DNA of 64,000 nt from Callorhinchus milii (taxonomy: Eukaryota). Location of the stretch: positions 48,176,001 to 48,240,000 of the forward strand of contig NW_024704742.1 of the NCBI RefSeq assembly GCF_018977255.1, read 5' to 3'. This document shows positions 38,591 to 51,590 of the stretch, in pieces; the stretch's first letter is position 1; the number at the start of each line of letters is the position of its first letter. The notes beneath the pieces were generated by a model, which did no database searches, was not told the DNA's origin, and saw only the letters and a list, made by a program, of their open reading frames with translations. Position numbers and translations under genes: made by a program.

Positions 38591-38766
38591 CTGGAAAGGT
38601 GGTGGGGTGGAAACTGATGGAATGACAGCTGCTCCATTATGATCTGTCTGCACAGTGATTGGATTAAGAACATGCTCCATTGTATGCATTTTATTTTCTT
38701 CCATTAACTTTGTGCCTGGGGCTGTCTGGAATACTTGATACTGGGTTCCAATGGAAGGGATGGCCA
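38591..38766 (-). CDS. RBM47: RBM47 coding exon 3
   Basis: Reads [14 protein letters not shown]...[12 protein letters not shown]. Acceptor ttttag|TG, donor CAG|GTAAAG, 176 nt, phase 1-0. Confidence 0.92.
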
Positions 38767-39318
38767 CTAAAATCAAACAAAAAACATGAATTAAGAATCA
38801 TTTGTGCTGTTGATCATGAATTTGCTGTTTGCAACATTCAAAAACAGATTAAAATATTACTGCTTGCAATAGTTCTACAAGACATTTCTTTAAGAAAAGG
38901 TAATTGATCATAGAGCAGAAATTTGAAAGGAGACAACAAAGCAGTGTTACAATGAGTTTAAGTTGAACAATATCATTTGAAGCATCTTTCTCTGGCGTAT
39001 GACGTTCGAGTATATTTATTTCATAATCTTCCGGTGGCTGCTACATTGGTTTTTGTTTATATGCACAAACCTAATGGAGGTATATACATGATGCCTTAGC
39101 AAAGGAGAATACCTGATTAAGAAATCCCATAGGATTTTGGGACAACTTACAAACCTATTGGTTTTTGCTATGTTTAAAAAGGAATTATCGAGAATTTCAA
39201 AATCCTATAGGATTTTTGGAATGAGTTTTAAAACACAAATATGGCCTTATATATTCTGCATTTTTTTTTCTCTCCAGCAGTTAAGGCAAATGTTCAGTAA
39301 AACATTCCCTTTACTAAC

Positions 39319-39525
39319 CTGCACCAGGTTTCATAGCAACTGGACTGACAGTAGCCAGATCTAAGCTGGGTATCAGTTCATACGCTTTGTCCTGTTGCTT
39401 GGCCTTCCCTTCATGATATCTGCTGTAAATACCTCTGCCTGCAGAATATCCGCCCAGGTACGATCCCCGAGGTCCTGCGGCTCTGTTCCCAGCTGCCCCT
39501 CTACCTCGGCCACGCACAGTGCCTG
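39319..39525 (-). CDS. RBM47: RBM47 coding exon 2 (RG/G-Y-rich region)
   Basis: Reads [41 protein letters not shown]...PGA. Acceptor ttaaag|CAG, donor CAG|GTTAGT, 207 nt, phase 1-1 in frame with the previous exon. Confidence 0.94.
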
Positions 39526-39589
39526 CTTTAAGATAAAAAAAGAAAAAAAATTGCTAAGCACCAGAAATCTTGAAATATTTCCATTAATA

Positions 39590-39766
39590 CAGGATGGTCC
39601 AACCGATTTCATCTGCCCCACCCTCCAGTTCATCTGACCCACCCGCTCCCTCCATTTATGTTCTATTATGTTTCTGGAAGGGAAACATAAATATTGCTTA
39701 TGTGGCCTGGGTACATGTCTCAAATAGGACATCCGGCCCTCAGCAGCCAAAAGGTTGGACCACCCG
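39590..39766. mobile_element. hAT (Charlie-type) MITE
   Basis: TIRs CAGGATGGTCCAACC / GGTTGGACCACCCG; 8-bp target duplication CATTAATA / CATTAGTA (7/8). Confidence 0.8.
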
Positions 39767-42207
39767 CATTAGTATATGCTTCGCGTCCAATTCATTGAGT
39801 CAAACAGGTTTTAAAAGAGGTCACTTTTTACACCATCATATGCAAATGGCTGTTGGAAAGAACTTATTAGCTAAGACTTAAACTCATGGTAATAAGCTCT
39901 GCTTCTCCAGTGAAGTGAGTGTGTTGATGTTATCCTGAGCAGTGGGTGTGATCTGAATCACTAAGTGGAGGAGACTTGTCATGTCTCTCACAATCCGATA
40001 CAACTTTACATTTATTTAGTGCCTTTCACATGGAGAGGACATCCCAAGGTTCTCAGAGGTGGGAGAGGAATGGAAGGAAAGAATCAAGTATCTAAAGGTC
40101 AATATTACATCTGATCTTAGGCTGCTAGTCTATTTAGCCTTCAAAGTTGTTTGTACAAAATTTCTTGAATTACAATCTTAATTCAAAAGCTGTTTTCTCA
40201 CAATTCTTAAAAACTACCAAATTATGAGAAATTTTCGACAATTCTGCACAATCTCAAGATTTGAAAACAAATGATCATACAGCGTTAAAACAAGGTGGAT
40301 TATTCGTCTCCTGGTCACAAAATCACCCATTGGTTTGAATGAAGTTCCTTTGGTCCCTTTGATCTCATCCTTCCAGACAGTTACCCTACAGTCCCCCATC
40401 ACAGCATCAAACTGCTTTTTAAATGAGCCAGTGTCCTGGCCTCCACCACTTTTCCTAGCAATCTGTTCTAGTCATTGATTATCCTCTGAGTAGGACAATA
40501 GAGACCAATAAAGAGCAATGCACAAGTCCCCTCCCGCAGCCACAGGCAAAGAATGGAGTTAAAAAATACAAGGAATAGTAGAACCTTACCCAAATTCCCT
40601 CTAATTATTGTCCCAAAAATATGACAACTGAAAACACAGGATTCATTGCAACAAATATTCAATTTCTCCATGAACAATGAGTCCTGAGAAATTCTAGGGA
40701 TGAGGGATTTCTAAATATTGGCAGTTATAAATCAGCTGGCCACACATTTCACAATGATCCCTCAATGCCATATTTAAGACAAACGTTTTGGATATAACCT
40801 TACGCCTTAGTAGTGTCAGACACAAATGAGTTTGACCATGATACAAGTTACTGACCATGCTTTGTCCCCCAGGACAAGATATCAGGGAGGGGAAGGAACA
40901 ACACTGGCATGTCTCCAGGGCTCTAATGATTTAAAGGGGCACAAGAGGCAAGTGCTGTCACTCAGAATCTCATCAAAGTCACTCAAAATTTGGCAAAAAC
41001 AAATCAGATTCCCCCTTGGCCCAGGAGGTACTGAATACCTAATCTATACTGAATTTGTTATGTTAGCTGGGCACCGAATATGTGGTACAATTGTCTTTAA
41101 TGTTCCTAGATAAGGGAATAAAAATCAACTGTTGGACATGCACCTAATTGCTATCTAGAAAACTTGTTGACAAATGTGTGGGTGTTGGTTGAAGGCTCCT
41201 GAGATTACAGGTGCTCACTTGAAGGTTCACACATGAACAGTGACAGTTGGAGCGAGGCACTAGGGGGCACCTGAAATCCTATCCAAATGGAAGAATAAAA
41301 AATCTGAATGTCTTGAGCATAAAAGGTGAGAAAATGGCAGAGAAAAAAAAATCCTAAATAGATTTATAGGAGTTTCAAGCATACTCCATTTGGCCTTCCT
41401 GCCTGCCGAAACCGAGCAAGAGGGTAGAGGATCCTATTTCTAGATTTGGTGACTTGTTTCATTGATGTTTCAATTCTATTTGCTTTATTTCATTATTACA
41501 GATCCAAACCAAAGGTAGGAATAATATTGATTTAACTGTATGTCCCTATAAAGTTATTGTTGTCTTATCTGAATGAATTTCCAATGTTGCAACATCTTCT
41601 GCCCTGTCTCCCACCTGCAAGCCAGAAATCTAAACTCTCTTTCCCTGGACAGAATTCTTAGGATTTTCTTTAACAGATCCCATGTGCTAGCCTCAGGGCT
41701 TAGGAATGAACATCCCTGACTTTGGAATGATAATAATACTTGAATTTGATATAACACCTAATCACATCAATGAGATGTCTCAAAGCGCTTCACAGAGTAT
41801 ATTGTAAAGTGGATTTTGTGGGCAAAACATGGCAGCCAATTTTTCTATCCATAATTTTAAAAATCGTTTCTATCCTAACAATAGTTATGCAACAGTACCA
41901 AGTCAGTCTGTAAGAATGCAAAGCTCCCTGCATATTCCCAGGCCTTACCTAAAGAAACACATTATAGACTTTCAAATCGCACAGTTAACCGTTAATTATC
42001 AGAACCAATTCTGAAAATGTAGACTTGTTGGCATTTTTACTCTGTATTCTTTATTTTATGAGTTGAGGGTTATAATGTTAAGATTAGTTATATCTGGGAA
42101 TTATTGTTGAAGAACATCACAATTCATTGACTATTGCAATACTGCAATAGGGTTAGATTTACATGTCAGCCACAGTAAAACAGACTTCCTAACACATAGG
42201 AAATATT

Positions 42208-42460
42208 GTGGAGTCCTGTAGCTCAGTGGTTAGAGCACTTTCCTCGCAAGCGAGAGACCTGGGTTCTATACCTGGCAGGGCAAAATGTAAGTTTCCTTCC
42301 TCCACACGGCTCTGTTTACCTAGCAGTAAGTAGGAACTGGTTGTTAGTTGATTGGTGGATCACTTTTCCGGGGATAATAATCCCTCAACAAAAAAATAAT
42401 AATTTGGTCACTCGATTTGGTCACGACTGTTTGTGGGACACTGCTGTGCCAATTGGCTGC
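42208..42460 (+). mobile_element. 3'-truncated long-subfamily SINE in an RBM47 intron
   Basis: tRNA-like head and middle region; stops within the Deu core. Confidence 0.85.
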
Positions 42461-42927
42461 CAGGTTGTTTGGTTAATAGTTTTCAGCTTAACCACTGTAT
42501 TGATGCATTCATCCAATCAGCACACATCTTAGTTTTGTATCTAATGTAAACTGAGGAAGAATAATCTAAATTGTGGAATTTCTTAAAAATCCCATTAACT
42601 TGTGGGAACTATGCGAATAAACACCAGATTGAAGGGTTCCTGAAGGAGGAATGATGTATTTTGGGTTACCAGAGGAGGATCCCATTTACATTATATTCCT
42701 TGTGAAAGAATCACATTAGAAATCTTGCATTGATTTATGCTAGCAATCTCTGCTTGGGTTGAACACTTTAGCAGTTGTCCAATACTAACAGGATGGTATG
42801 ATATAACACAGTAGCTGAGCAGATTTGATTTTTGAGAACAGGTAGTCAAAGCCATTAAACAGATTTTCATTGGAAAATACACCACCATCGAGGGTTCAGG
42901 AGCACGTGTAATTTACATGTTACTAAC

Positions 42928-44044
42928 CTTTGGCAAAATATTCTCTGTTGGGACCAATCAGTGGATTGTAGGGGTACCCATAATAGGCTAGTGTGTAGGG
43001 GTCGCAAGAGTAAATAATGTTCGCTTGAGGAGTTTCTGTTACTGCTCCTTTAGCTGCTTTCTGGTAGCGGCTGTACTGCTCTTTGTCCACAGGCTTGGCC
43101 AGGGTCACCTCAATGTAGGAGCCCTCCAGGTCGGCACCATTTAATTTCTGCATGGCCAGAACTGCGTCATCCCTGCTAGCGAAATGAACAAAAGCGTAAT
43201 CTCTGATTTTTTTTACTCTCTCCACGCAGCCCAGGTTGAACTGGCTGAAGACCTTCTTGATGGTGTCCTCGGTGGTTTCGATCATCAGGTTCCGGACGTA
43301 CAGGATCTTGACCGTCTCCATGACATCTTCGTCTACGTCAATCTCGGGCTCGGCCCAGTCCACCGCAATCTGGTGGCCCCACAGTTGGATGCGTCCAGGC
43401 ATCAGCTTCCTCCTGGCCATGGCAGCTGCTCGATGACTTTCATACTCCACGAAGGCGAAACCTCGGTTCTTCATCTTGTCGGCCGCACTGGCATAGACGA
43501 TCACATCCAGGACGCCTTCCGTGACTTTGGAGATCTCTTCCAAAATCTCCTCCCTCTTCTTCATCTTCGGGATGCCCCCGATGAAAAGTCTGCAGTTGTC
43601 CACGCTGCTGCAGACCCCCAGCAGCCTCCCCGGGCGGATCTCGTAGTTGTTGAGCTCCCGGACAGCGCGCTTTGCCTCGTGTTTGGCTGTGAACATGACA
43701 AAAGCGTAACCCCGGTTCTTGCCGTCAAAGTCCATCATCAGGCGCATCTCGTAGATGCGACCCACAGACTCGAACACTGGAACCAGCTCGTCCTCGTAAA
43801 CGTCCCGAGGGATTTTGCCGACAAAGACTTCGCAACCGCGGGGCGGAGGATGTCCCTCCCAGCCAGGAGGGGGGCCACCGTATTTACGCTGCCCGTTCTC
43901 CTGGACCATCATGTAGCCCGTTCTCTCCATGAGTGCAAGCAGAGTGGACTCGTTGGGGGCGCCAGCGACGCCTTCGGGAACTTTAGTTGAGGACATGTTG
44001 CAGGAATCTGTGCTCATCATGGTAGTGGAGTCTTCTGCTGTCAT
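42928..44044 (-). CDS. RBM47: RNA-binding motif protein 47, first coding exon (RRM1-3); exon spans 42928-44075 including 31 nt of 5'UTR
   Basis: Starts MTAEDST; contains three RRMs ([10 protein letters not shown]...[17 protein letters not shown]...[15 protein letters not shown]...DYAFVHF), typical of the RBM47/A1CF/hnRNP R family. Acceptor is a polypyrimidine tract + cacag| at 44076; donor AAAG|GTTAGT at 42927; 1117 coding nt, ends in phase 1. Confidence 0.97.
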
Positions 44045-46059
44045 TCTGTCAAAACCATTCAAATTGTGCTCAGACCTGTGGAGAAGACAAAGAGAGGAAA
44101 GAATTCTCAGTCAATATTTTTGGAAATGGGTTACCTGCACGAGAGTTCTCGTAACCTGGAAAATACAAAGTGCAGCTTCAAAGTGCATGTGCACCGCTCA
44201 ACTGATACAAAGCAAATATTTAACAAGAGAAGTGAAGGCATAGCTTGCAATGGACCAATGAGTGCATTGTGATCGTTGGGTCATCAGGTCAACACTGACC
44301 TCTGAGTTGGCTGGTGCACATTTTTTTGTGTTCAAAGCATCAATGAAAGTCAACACTTCTGAGCATCTTATATTGCATTAAATGAGCACTTTATGCAGGC
44401 ACTTGCTGCCGCAGAGGAGCAGCTAACAAGGATGGACAGTGTGGGTGAAGTCCGCACATTACTGTGGAACACTGGCCAGCTTTAGGTATCACAGTCAAAG
44501 GGTCAACAGCTTCACAGCAAAATGCATTGATAGTTTACATATTATACCAGAAGGCATTGGACTGCAACATTTGTAAACTTGGGTTAAATGGGTAGCAATA
44601 CAAAATTTCTCTTGGCACAACTTGTATTCAGCTTCACCACACAGCTGTTTTCCATTTCCCATTCATTCAAAACAACAAGGCTTTGAGGCACTCCACCTAA
44701 GTCAAATCTTACATTGCACAGGTGCACATGCCTTCTCCAGGAGAGTTATCTTAAAATCACTAATTTGCTAAAGCTATGAACAAACATTGAAAATCCTGAA
44801 GCTTGACTACATTAAGGAACATTCAGATTTTTCCTCATTTGGGTTCTCACAATAAAACACACGTTTTGTCTCCTGATGGGCCAGAGGGATGGTGGGGGTA
44901 GGCATTCCTTCACTATTAAATTTACCAACCTTGGGAAATTCTCATTCAAAGCTCAGCCAATATATCAGCTATTCTGCCCCCTGCCATTTACTGGAACTCT
45001 ATCCCAGAGTCACTCCACCTCACCTCCCAGCTCCCTCTCTCTATTTAAATCCTGTCTTAAGACTGCACTTTTGGTCTCCCTTCCCCAGCTCCTCCACCCC
45101 CAGCTCAGTCTTCCAACCAATTCTGTAAAGCTCTTTGAGATGTCCTCCTGAAATGAAAGATGCTTATATACATGCAAGATTGTTGTCATTGTAACGACCA
45201 GCAGAGTCAGCTCCATTCACCCACCATGGGCAATCTGAATTTCTCTTGCTGAATGTTAAGATGAAAAGAAAGATATTTTTGAAGCATTATATTTGCTAAC
45301 AGGACATGTTTAACCTCTGAGAAGTGTCTAAGCGTCAGGAAAGGGGGTCTTTACTAAGAGAAAAAGGAGGGAGTTGTCGTGGGTGCAAACTTGTCTTCCT
45401 TCCATATCGTTTCAGGCTTAAGGAGATTTGGAAATGACTCGCTGCTTATGAGCTTCTAAATAGCTGGCAGAAGGAGAAGTGCAAAAGATTGAATGACTTC
45501 ATTGGTAGATCTGCTTTCTCTCCCCACCCCGCCCCCTTACACTAGAAATTAAATATGTATGACCGTCAGGTGAGAACCCGATGGGCTTGGCTAGTTTTCC
45601 AACACTCACCTTCACGGTTCATACATGAATAATAGCCACCTGAATGACGGTAGGAGGGCAATCTGAGCTGGAGGAACGAGTGGAATGAAAAAGGATTAAA
45701 CGCTTTTAGGGGAGGAGAGAGGAGGAAGAATTGGAGAAAAAAATTGCAGAATTGTGTGTGGAGGATTGGGATTTACATTCTCCTGACTTTAAAAACATTA
45801 CTGTATTGTATTACATTGGTTTCATATATGGAATGCAAGCGGAGCGCCTATTAAATTGTTACTCTTCTTTGTGAAGCACTTTGAGAAGTTGAGTTACAGG
45901 CAGCCCATCGAATGCAACGATTATTATCATTGCTCAAAGTAATATTTTGTAAATATTGCCAGCTTCAAAGTCAAATGAATCTTCACACCTAGTCACACAT
46001 TCTAAAATACTGTATATCAGCTACAACAGTGCCTAGCAGGAAAGTTTCTCTGTTATTGA

Positions 46060-46249
46060 AAATAACAATAAATTGGTCACTCAATCCATGACTGTTTGGG
46101 GACACTGCTGTGCGCAATTGCCTGTCGCGTTTCTCCCACAAAATATACAGTCAATTCACTTTAAATTATTTTCTGTGAAGCACTTTGAGACGTCTCAAAG
46201 ATGTGATAAGGCGCTATATCAAATGCAAGGATTATTATTTATTATTATT
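46060..46249 (+). mobile_element. 3' half of the same SINE family
   Basis: Deu core plus L2-like tail and (TTA)n. Confidence 0.85.
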
Positions 46250-47739
46250 GATCAATCTGCCTAGTTTAAAACTCAGAAGGCTGTAGTAATGTGGTTTATT
46301 GATTTGTTCCCATTTTTAGCATTTCCTGATGTGGAGTATAGCAAAATATTAAAAGATTGATGCAATATTACAGTATGAGTCCATTTAAAAATCTTTTTGA
46401 AGCTGTTGATTTATACGTGTGGATTTGTAAAAGGGATAACATTGCATTGCCACTGTTTAATCTGAGCATGAATCCCCTGACTGAATCCCAAATGGTAAAA
46501 TGAACGTTCTCACACAAAGCATTGCAGACTATTGTAACACTGTATTCATTGTGTGCAAACCATAGTTCATAAGGAGAACTAGAGATATAAAGGATACAAT
46601 TCTGCTCAACAATTTAATTCTTATTGATGTTATAATAACTTTACTGTGCTCATATGCCCTACAGTCAACCAGTGTTGGTTGATGTAACATTCCACACCAA
46701 AACACTTAAAATGGAAAGAGAATATTAGAAGATGTTAAATTAATAAATATTTGGGATTTCTGTATAGTTCCTGAATTGTAATGAACATTATGATCACTAC
46801 AACCCGATGTAATGTAGCAAACGTGCTTATTGCAAAAGCTGCTGAAGGTATTTAGCAAACGGTTGACAATATGCCAGGTCCAGTTCCAGGATATTGGGTT
46901 TCATAAGTGAATGAAGGATATCAGGCGGGTGACATTACGTTAGATTTTTCTCTAAAGAGACACAATTCAGGAGGCCTACAAGTTCAACACTTGAAGGTCA
47001 TTCTCTCGAATTAAAGAATGTCGGGAACATACGAGTTGGACATTCTCTTTATTCTGTTGTTTGCTGCAGTGCCGAATGAGTGATGTGACCATGTTAATAT
47101 TCTCACTAATATAAATACTGTATATCACTAAGTGAGTATGTATGTTTGCGTGTGTGTGGAGGGGAAGATATCGTGAAAATAACACCCATATTCATAAAAT
47201 TTTATTTTTAAAAAAATGTTTTACTAAAGGGTAAAATCTCTGAATTTAAATCTTAGTTGTTTGAAGAGAGAAGACTATTTAAGATAGTGTTTCAAAATTC
47301 ACATTTCTGAAGATCCCGTCAAGCATTTTACTGATGTGATCGGTTTAGGCTCCCATAGTAAAAGAATGGAAAAGTGAACTCTTTATCATAAGTTTTGTAA
47401 CTCTCCTTGGACTTCAAACCAGTTGATAAACATACAATATGGATACAAGCGGGAGAGTTTACAGTGGCAGTAATCTAACTGAAGAGCTCAAATAATATTG
47501 AGGGGGAAATCAGAATCCACCAGATTGGGTTACAGTCCTGAACTCACACTCTGGTTTCTGTCACTGGACAGTTTCAGTTCTATGTGGGGGTTTCTTCTGT
47601 TTGTGTCAGGAACTACGAGCTACGCCACCATCTGTAGTGTTTCGCCACAATAGCTATTAAGGCTAAGACCATAATAATAATAATCCTTTCATTTTATACA
47701 GCATGTTTCATATAACATGCTGTATAAAATGAAAGTCCC

Positions 47740-48058
47740 GTGGAGTCCTGAAGCTCAGTGGTTAGAGCACTCGCTTTGCAAGTGAGAGACCCGAGTTCAA
47801 TTCCAGGCAGAGCGAAACCTTGGGCAAGTTTCCTTACTCCACACTCCTAATAATAATCCCGCCAAAAAAAAAACAATAATAAATTGGCCATTTTCAATCC
47901 ATGACTGTTCGTGGGACATTGTTGTGCGCAATTGGCTGCCGCGTTCGCCCACAAATATACAGTCAATTCACATTACAGTATATTTTATGAAGTGCTTTGG
48001 GACGTCTAGAAGACGTGAAAAGCGCTATATCAAATGCAAGGATTATTATTATTATTAT
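47740..48058 (+). mobile_element. Short-subfamily SINE
   Basis: Full head, core and tail; inserted into an older minus-strand SINE. Confidence 0.92.
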
Positions 48059-49735
48059 AAGGAGAACATTCGAAAGTGCTTCACGGGAAATCTCTTCCAA
48101 ATGACGGCACTTCCAACAATGCATCACATCCCCAGCACTGCATTACATTTTCAGCGCCTTGGGCTGTCCTCCTGACGTGAAAGGATCTATACAAATGTAA
48201 TCTTGTTGTTGTTGTAAATTGTAAGCCTAGACTATACAAGTTTCAAGTCCTGATGTGGGTTTGAACCCACACTCTTCTGACTCAGAAGTGAGCGTGCTAC
48301 TAACTGAGCCAGACTGACAATGCTGTGTTAATTCAAATACTTATTTGATCCCTATTTAGAAGGGGACTGGATAAATATTTGAAAAGGAACAATTTAAAAG
48401 GATATGGGCGGGGATCGTGAAAGGAATTAGGATTGGAGTAGGTGGCTCCGGTGAATGAGGTGTGACCAGTACCAGTGAGTGGAATGGTGTTCTTCTGTGC
48501 TGTAAGTTTTGTGATTTCCATTTACTAGTTACATGACAATTTCAGAGTGAATTAATGACAGTAAAGTCACTACTGTAGATTTATCAATAATCCAGAAATC
48601 TAGTCCAATATATGTCATATTCAGTGCAAGAATGTGAGTTTGTTAAACCTTAATGAAAAACCTTGTTTAAAAAGTTGCTCTCCCAAAAGATATATTAATA
48701 TATCAAGGCTGGGTTCACAGTCCATCTCTCGTTTTAGCTTCCCCATCTTCTCCTCCAGTTTTACAGTTGAAGATGATTAATTTATTTTTAGTGTCTATTT
48801 TCTGCTTGAGCACACCTTTTTTTTTCTTTCCCAGCAAAACGTTTTCCTTTCACTGGATGACTTGTTTAACCTCTGACTTCTAGTTAGAGGTATGGCTGAC
48901 GCCCTACAAGTTATTTTAACTTGTTTCCAACCGAAGTGGGTGAACTAACCAGCGTTAATCTGGCAATTGTAGCTACTTGTGCATTTAACTGAATCTCACC
49001 CAAGTATAGCTTCAGGTCACACTTGAGAATGAATTTGAGACTCCTAGTATTGTTTAAAAAAGCTACAATACACACCCTGTAATGTAGCACCTTTCCCTAG
49101 TTACACATTGTGCTTTCACTTTTATATAAATAAATCAGAAGCAAACAAAATGTAATGTTTTATGTATGAAAAGCAGTCTTAAAATTTTGTATGAAGGTCA
49201 TCTGTCTTGGAATAACCAGATGAGGATCATTGGGTGGGGGGGGAAGAGACAAGATGTCAAAGTTTTTTTGTTGTTTAAAATCAGATCTAAAGTGGAGAGG
49301 TTATTTTGGGGAGGTGGGAAATAAATCCAGTTTATTAGAAAGTTTAGTGTTTACCAAAACAAGAGAGATTGGCAAACTTTTTAAGATGCGTTTAATGCAC
49401 AGAAAATGAGATCCTGCAAACCACCACTCAATGAGTCATAAAATCAACCCCCACCCCCCAAAAATAACACATCTGCACTAACACCGATGTGAACTTCTCC
49501 CTCCACCAAGCCATTGCCTCTTTCAGAAAGCTGATTGTCAAGCAGAAAGCCAATGAGCAATGACCTAGTGTAACAAACACAAGGGCCGCCCATTTGAAAC
49601 AGCTTTATCTTTTGATTGAATGATTTAGTCTTTCCAGCACGTACAAGGTGGGTGTGGAGGATTACCACAGCTGAGTGCTGGCCAAGTGCACGTGATCTGA
49701 GTAAAGCTGAGCTGGAACTTTTTGTACGGATTGTA

Positions 49736-49851
49736 CAGGGTGACCAAAAAGTCATGAAGCTACCCCATTATCTAAAAACAAACAAAATTATCATAATTTC
49801 TTTAAGACTTATTAGACATTGTAATGGTATCACAACTTTTTGGTCACCCTG
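49736..49851. mobile_element. Tc1/mariner-type MITE (116 bp)
   Basis: Perfect 17-bp TIR CAGGGTGACCAAAAAGT at 49736-49752 and 49835-49851; TA on the left, GA on the right. Confidence 0.78.
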
Positions 49852-50231
49852 GACATTGGAGACGTATTCAGTGATATTATTTCAGTGACATACACTGTTG
49901 ATATCTACTTTTGCAGACAGGTGGGGGGGAAGGGGGCGTGGGGTGGCAGAGAGGGTCTGAACTATCCAACAGTCGCATTAACAGAACTAAACTGATATGA
50001 TCTAAACATGCCTCTCGCAAGATTGATTTGTTCTTTACATGGATAATCTCGGACATTTATCAGAAAAGAGATTAAGGCACGGAAACATCTGAGTAATATA
50101 TATTGCAACCTGGAGTTTTCCTCGTAATCAGTTCTTAGCCCAGAGCAGTCAATTACAGGCAAAGGTCACTGAAATTGCCTCTCATAATATATTGGAGCCA
50201 AACTATTATTACAAGATCAGCTCTTTGGTAG

Positions 50232-50278
50232 CTGCTGAAGGAGAGAGAGAGAGCTGAAGGAGAGAGAGAGAGAGAGAA
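50232..50278. repeat. (GA)n microsatellite with duplicated GCTGAAG(GA)n unit
   Basis: Visible directly in the sequence. Confidence 0.85.
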
Positions 50279-51275
50279 AGATCATTTTTACATTGCCTTA
50301 CCATCTCAGAAGTAGTGACTGCCTTTGCGGGAAAATACAGCATCCATTGTGCACACAGCTATACCGCACAAACAGGTGAATGACCAAGTAATTTTGCGGA
50401 TTATTGGCCAAGGCTCAGTAATACACAATTGGGAAAGTAACATTTTTTTATAGGTCTGGGGGGGGGGGAGGTTTAGGCAATTTTAGTACAGAAGATTACT
50501 CTTTACTGATTGGACAAACCATCAGCATCAAGAATCGAATGGGAGACGCAATGTGCAGAGAATCCACAGAATGATATTTCACCATGAAGGACACTTGTTT
50601 GTGAACTCATGGTACCTGCATAATACATTAATCTGCAGAATCTTATTGATGATCCCACAATTCCCTCAGTGGCTAACCTTGCTTGAAATGTGGGAGCGCA
50701 AGTGCATTAGCCAAGACCCACTGGGTCATTTACTGACATTAGTATTACATTTGTAAATATATTGGCCAGATAGTTAGGTTACATGAGAATTCAGTGCTTC
50801 ACAAGACAATTGTTCTGCATTGGTACTTGTTTCAATCACATTTTACTTTGGCACACTACTATAGATAAAGTTTACCTTTATGTCACATTAGACCTTGCTG
50901 CTTTGGAGGAAAGTACCAGTGATTGTTTGGTTTATCAACATGAAGCCATATTAGCAGATTAGTAAAGAGTGAGCTGTATTACGTTATGTCTCAGTACAAA
51001 ACCAGATTCATTTCTCTGAAGACATACACTTAAATTTTTTTTGTGTCAAAGTTCAAATTGAAGGAAATGGAGTAGATGTCACATCCTGACAGAAATGCTA
51101 AGGTAGAGTTAAAGATGCATTACTGAAGTATTTGCCACATTACACAATGTAAAAATACTTCACTTCTATCCCATATTAGAAGATCTGAAATGATGAGTTA
51201 ACAATAATATAATCCTTGCATTTGATATAGCACCTTAACATGTCATTGAGACGTTTGAAAGAGCTTCACAGGATT

Positions 51276-51590
51276 GTGGAGTCCTATAGCTCAGTGGTTA
51301 GAGCACTCGCCTTGCAAGCAAGACACCTGGGTTCAATTCCAGGCAGGGAAAAACCTTGGGCAAGTTTCCTTACTCCACACGCCTAATAATAATCCCTCCA
51401 AAACAAAACAATAATAAATTGGTCACTTTCAATCCACGACTGTTTGTGGGACACTGCTGTGCGCAATTGGCTGCCCCGTTTCGCCCACAAATATACAGTC
51501 AATTCACTTTACAGTCTATTCTGTGAAGCGCTTTGAGACGTCGAGAAGACGTGAAAAGCGCTATATCAAATGCAAGGGTTATTATCATTT
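51276..51590 (+). mobile_element. Short-subfamily SINE nested in an older minus-strand DeuSINE (51203-51990)
   Basis: Full head, core and tail; the older SINE's tail lies to the left and its body and head to the right. Confidence 0.92.

Noticed and set aside
43184..43990. 268-aa plus-strand ORF antisense to RBM47
   Set aside because: Shadow ORF produced by the GC-rich codon usage of the RRM exon; no recognisable domain.
44045..44062. N-terminal extension MNGFDR from the ORF track
   Set aside because: It starts at TTG; the family-typical start is MTAED at 44044.
47215..47520. Possible palindromic MITE
   Set aside because: Only patchy self-complementarity; I could not define TIRs or a target duplication.
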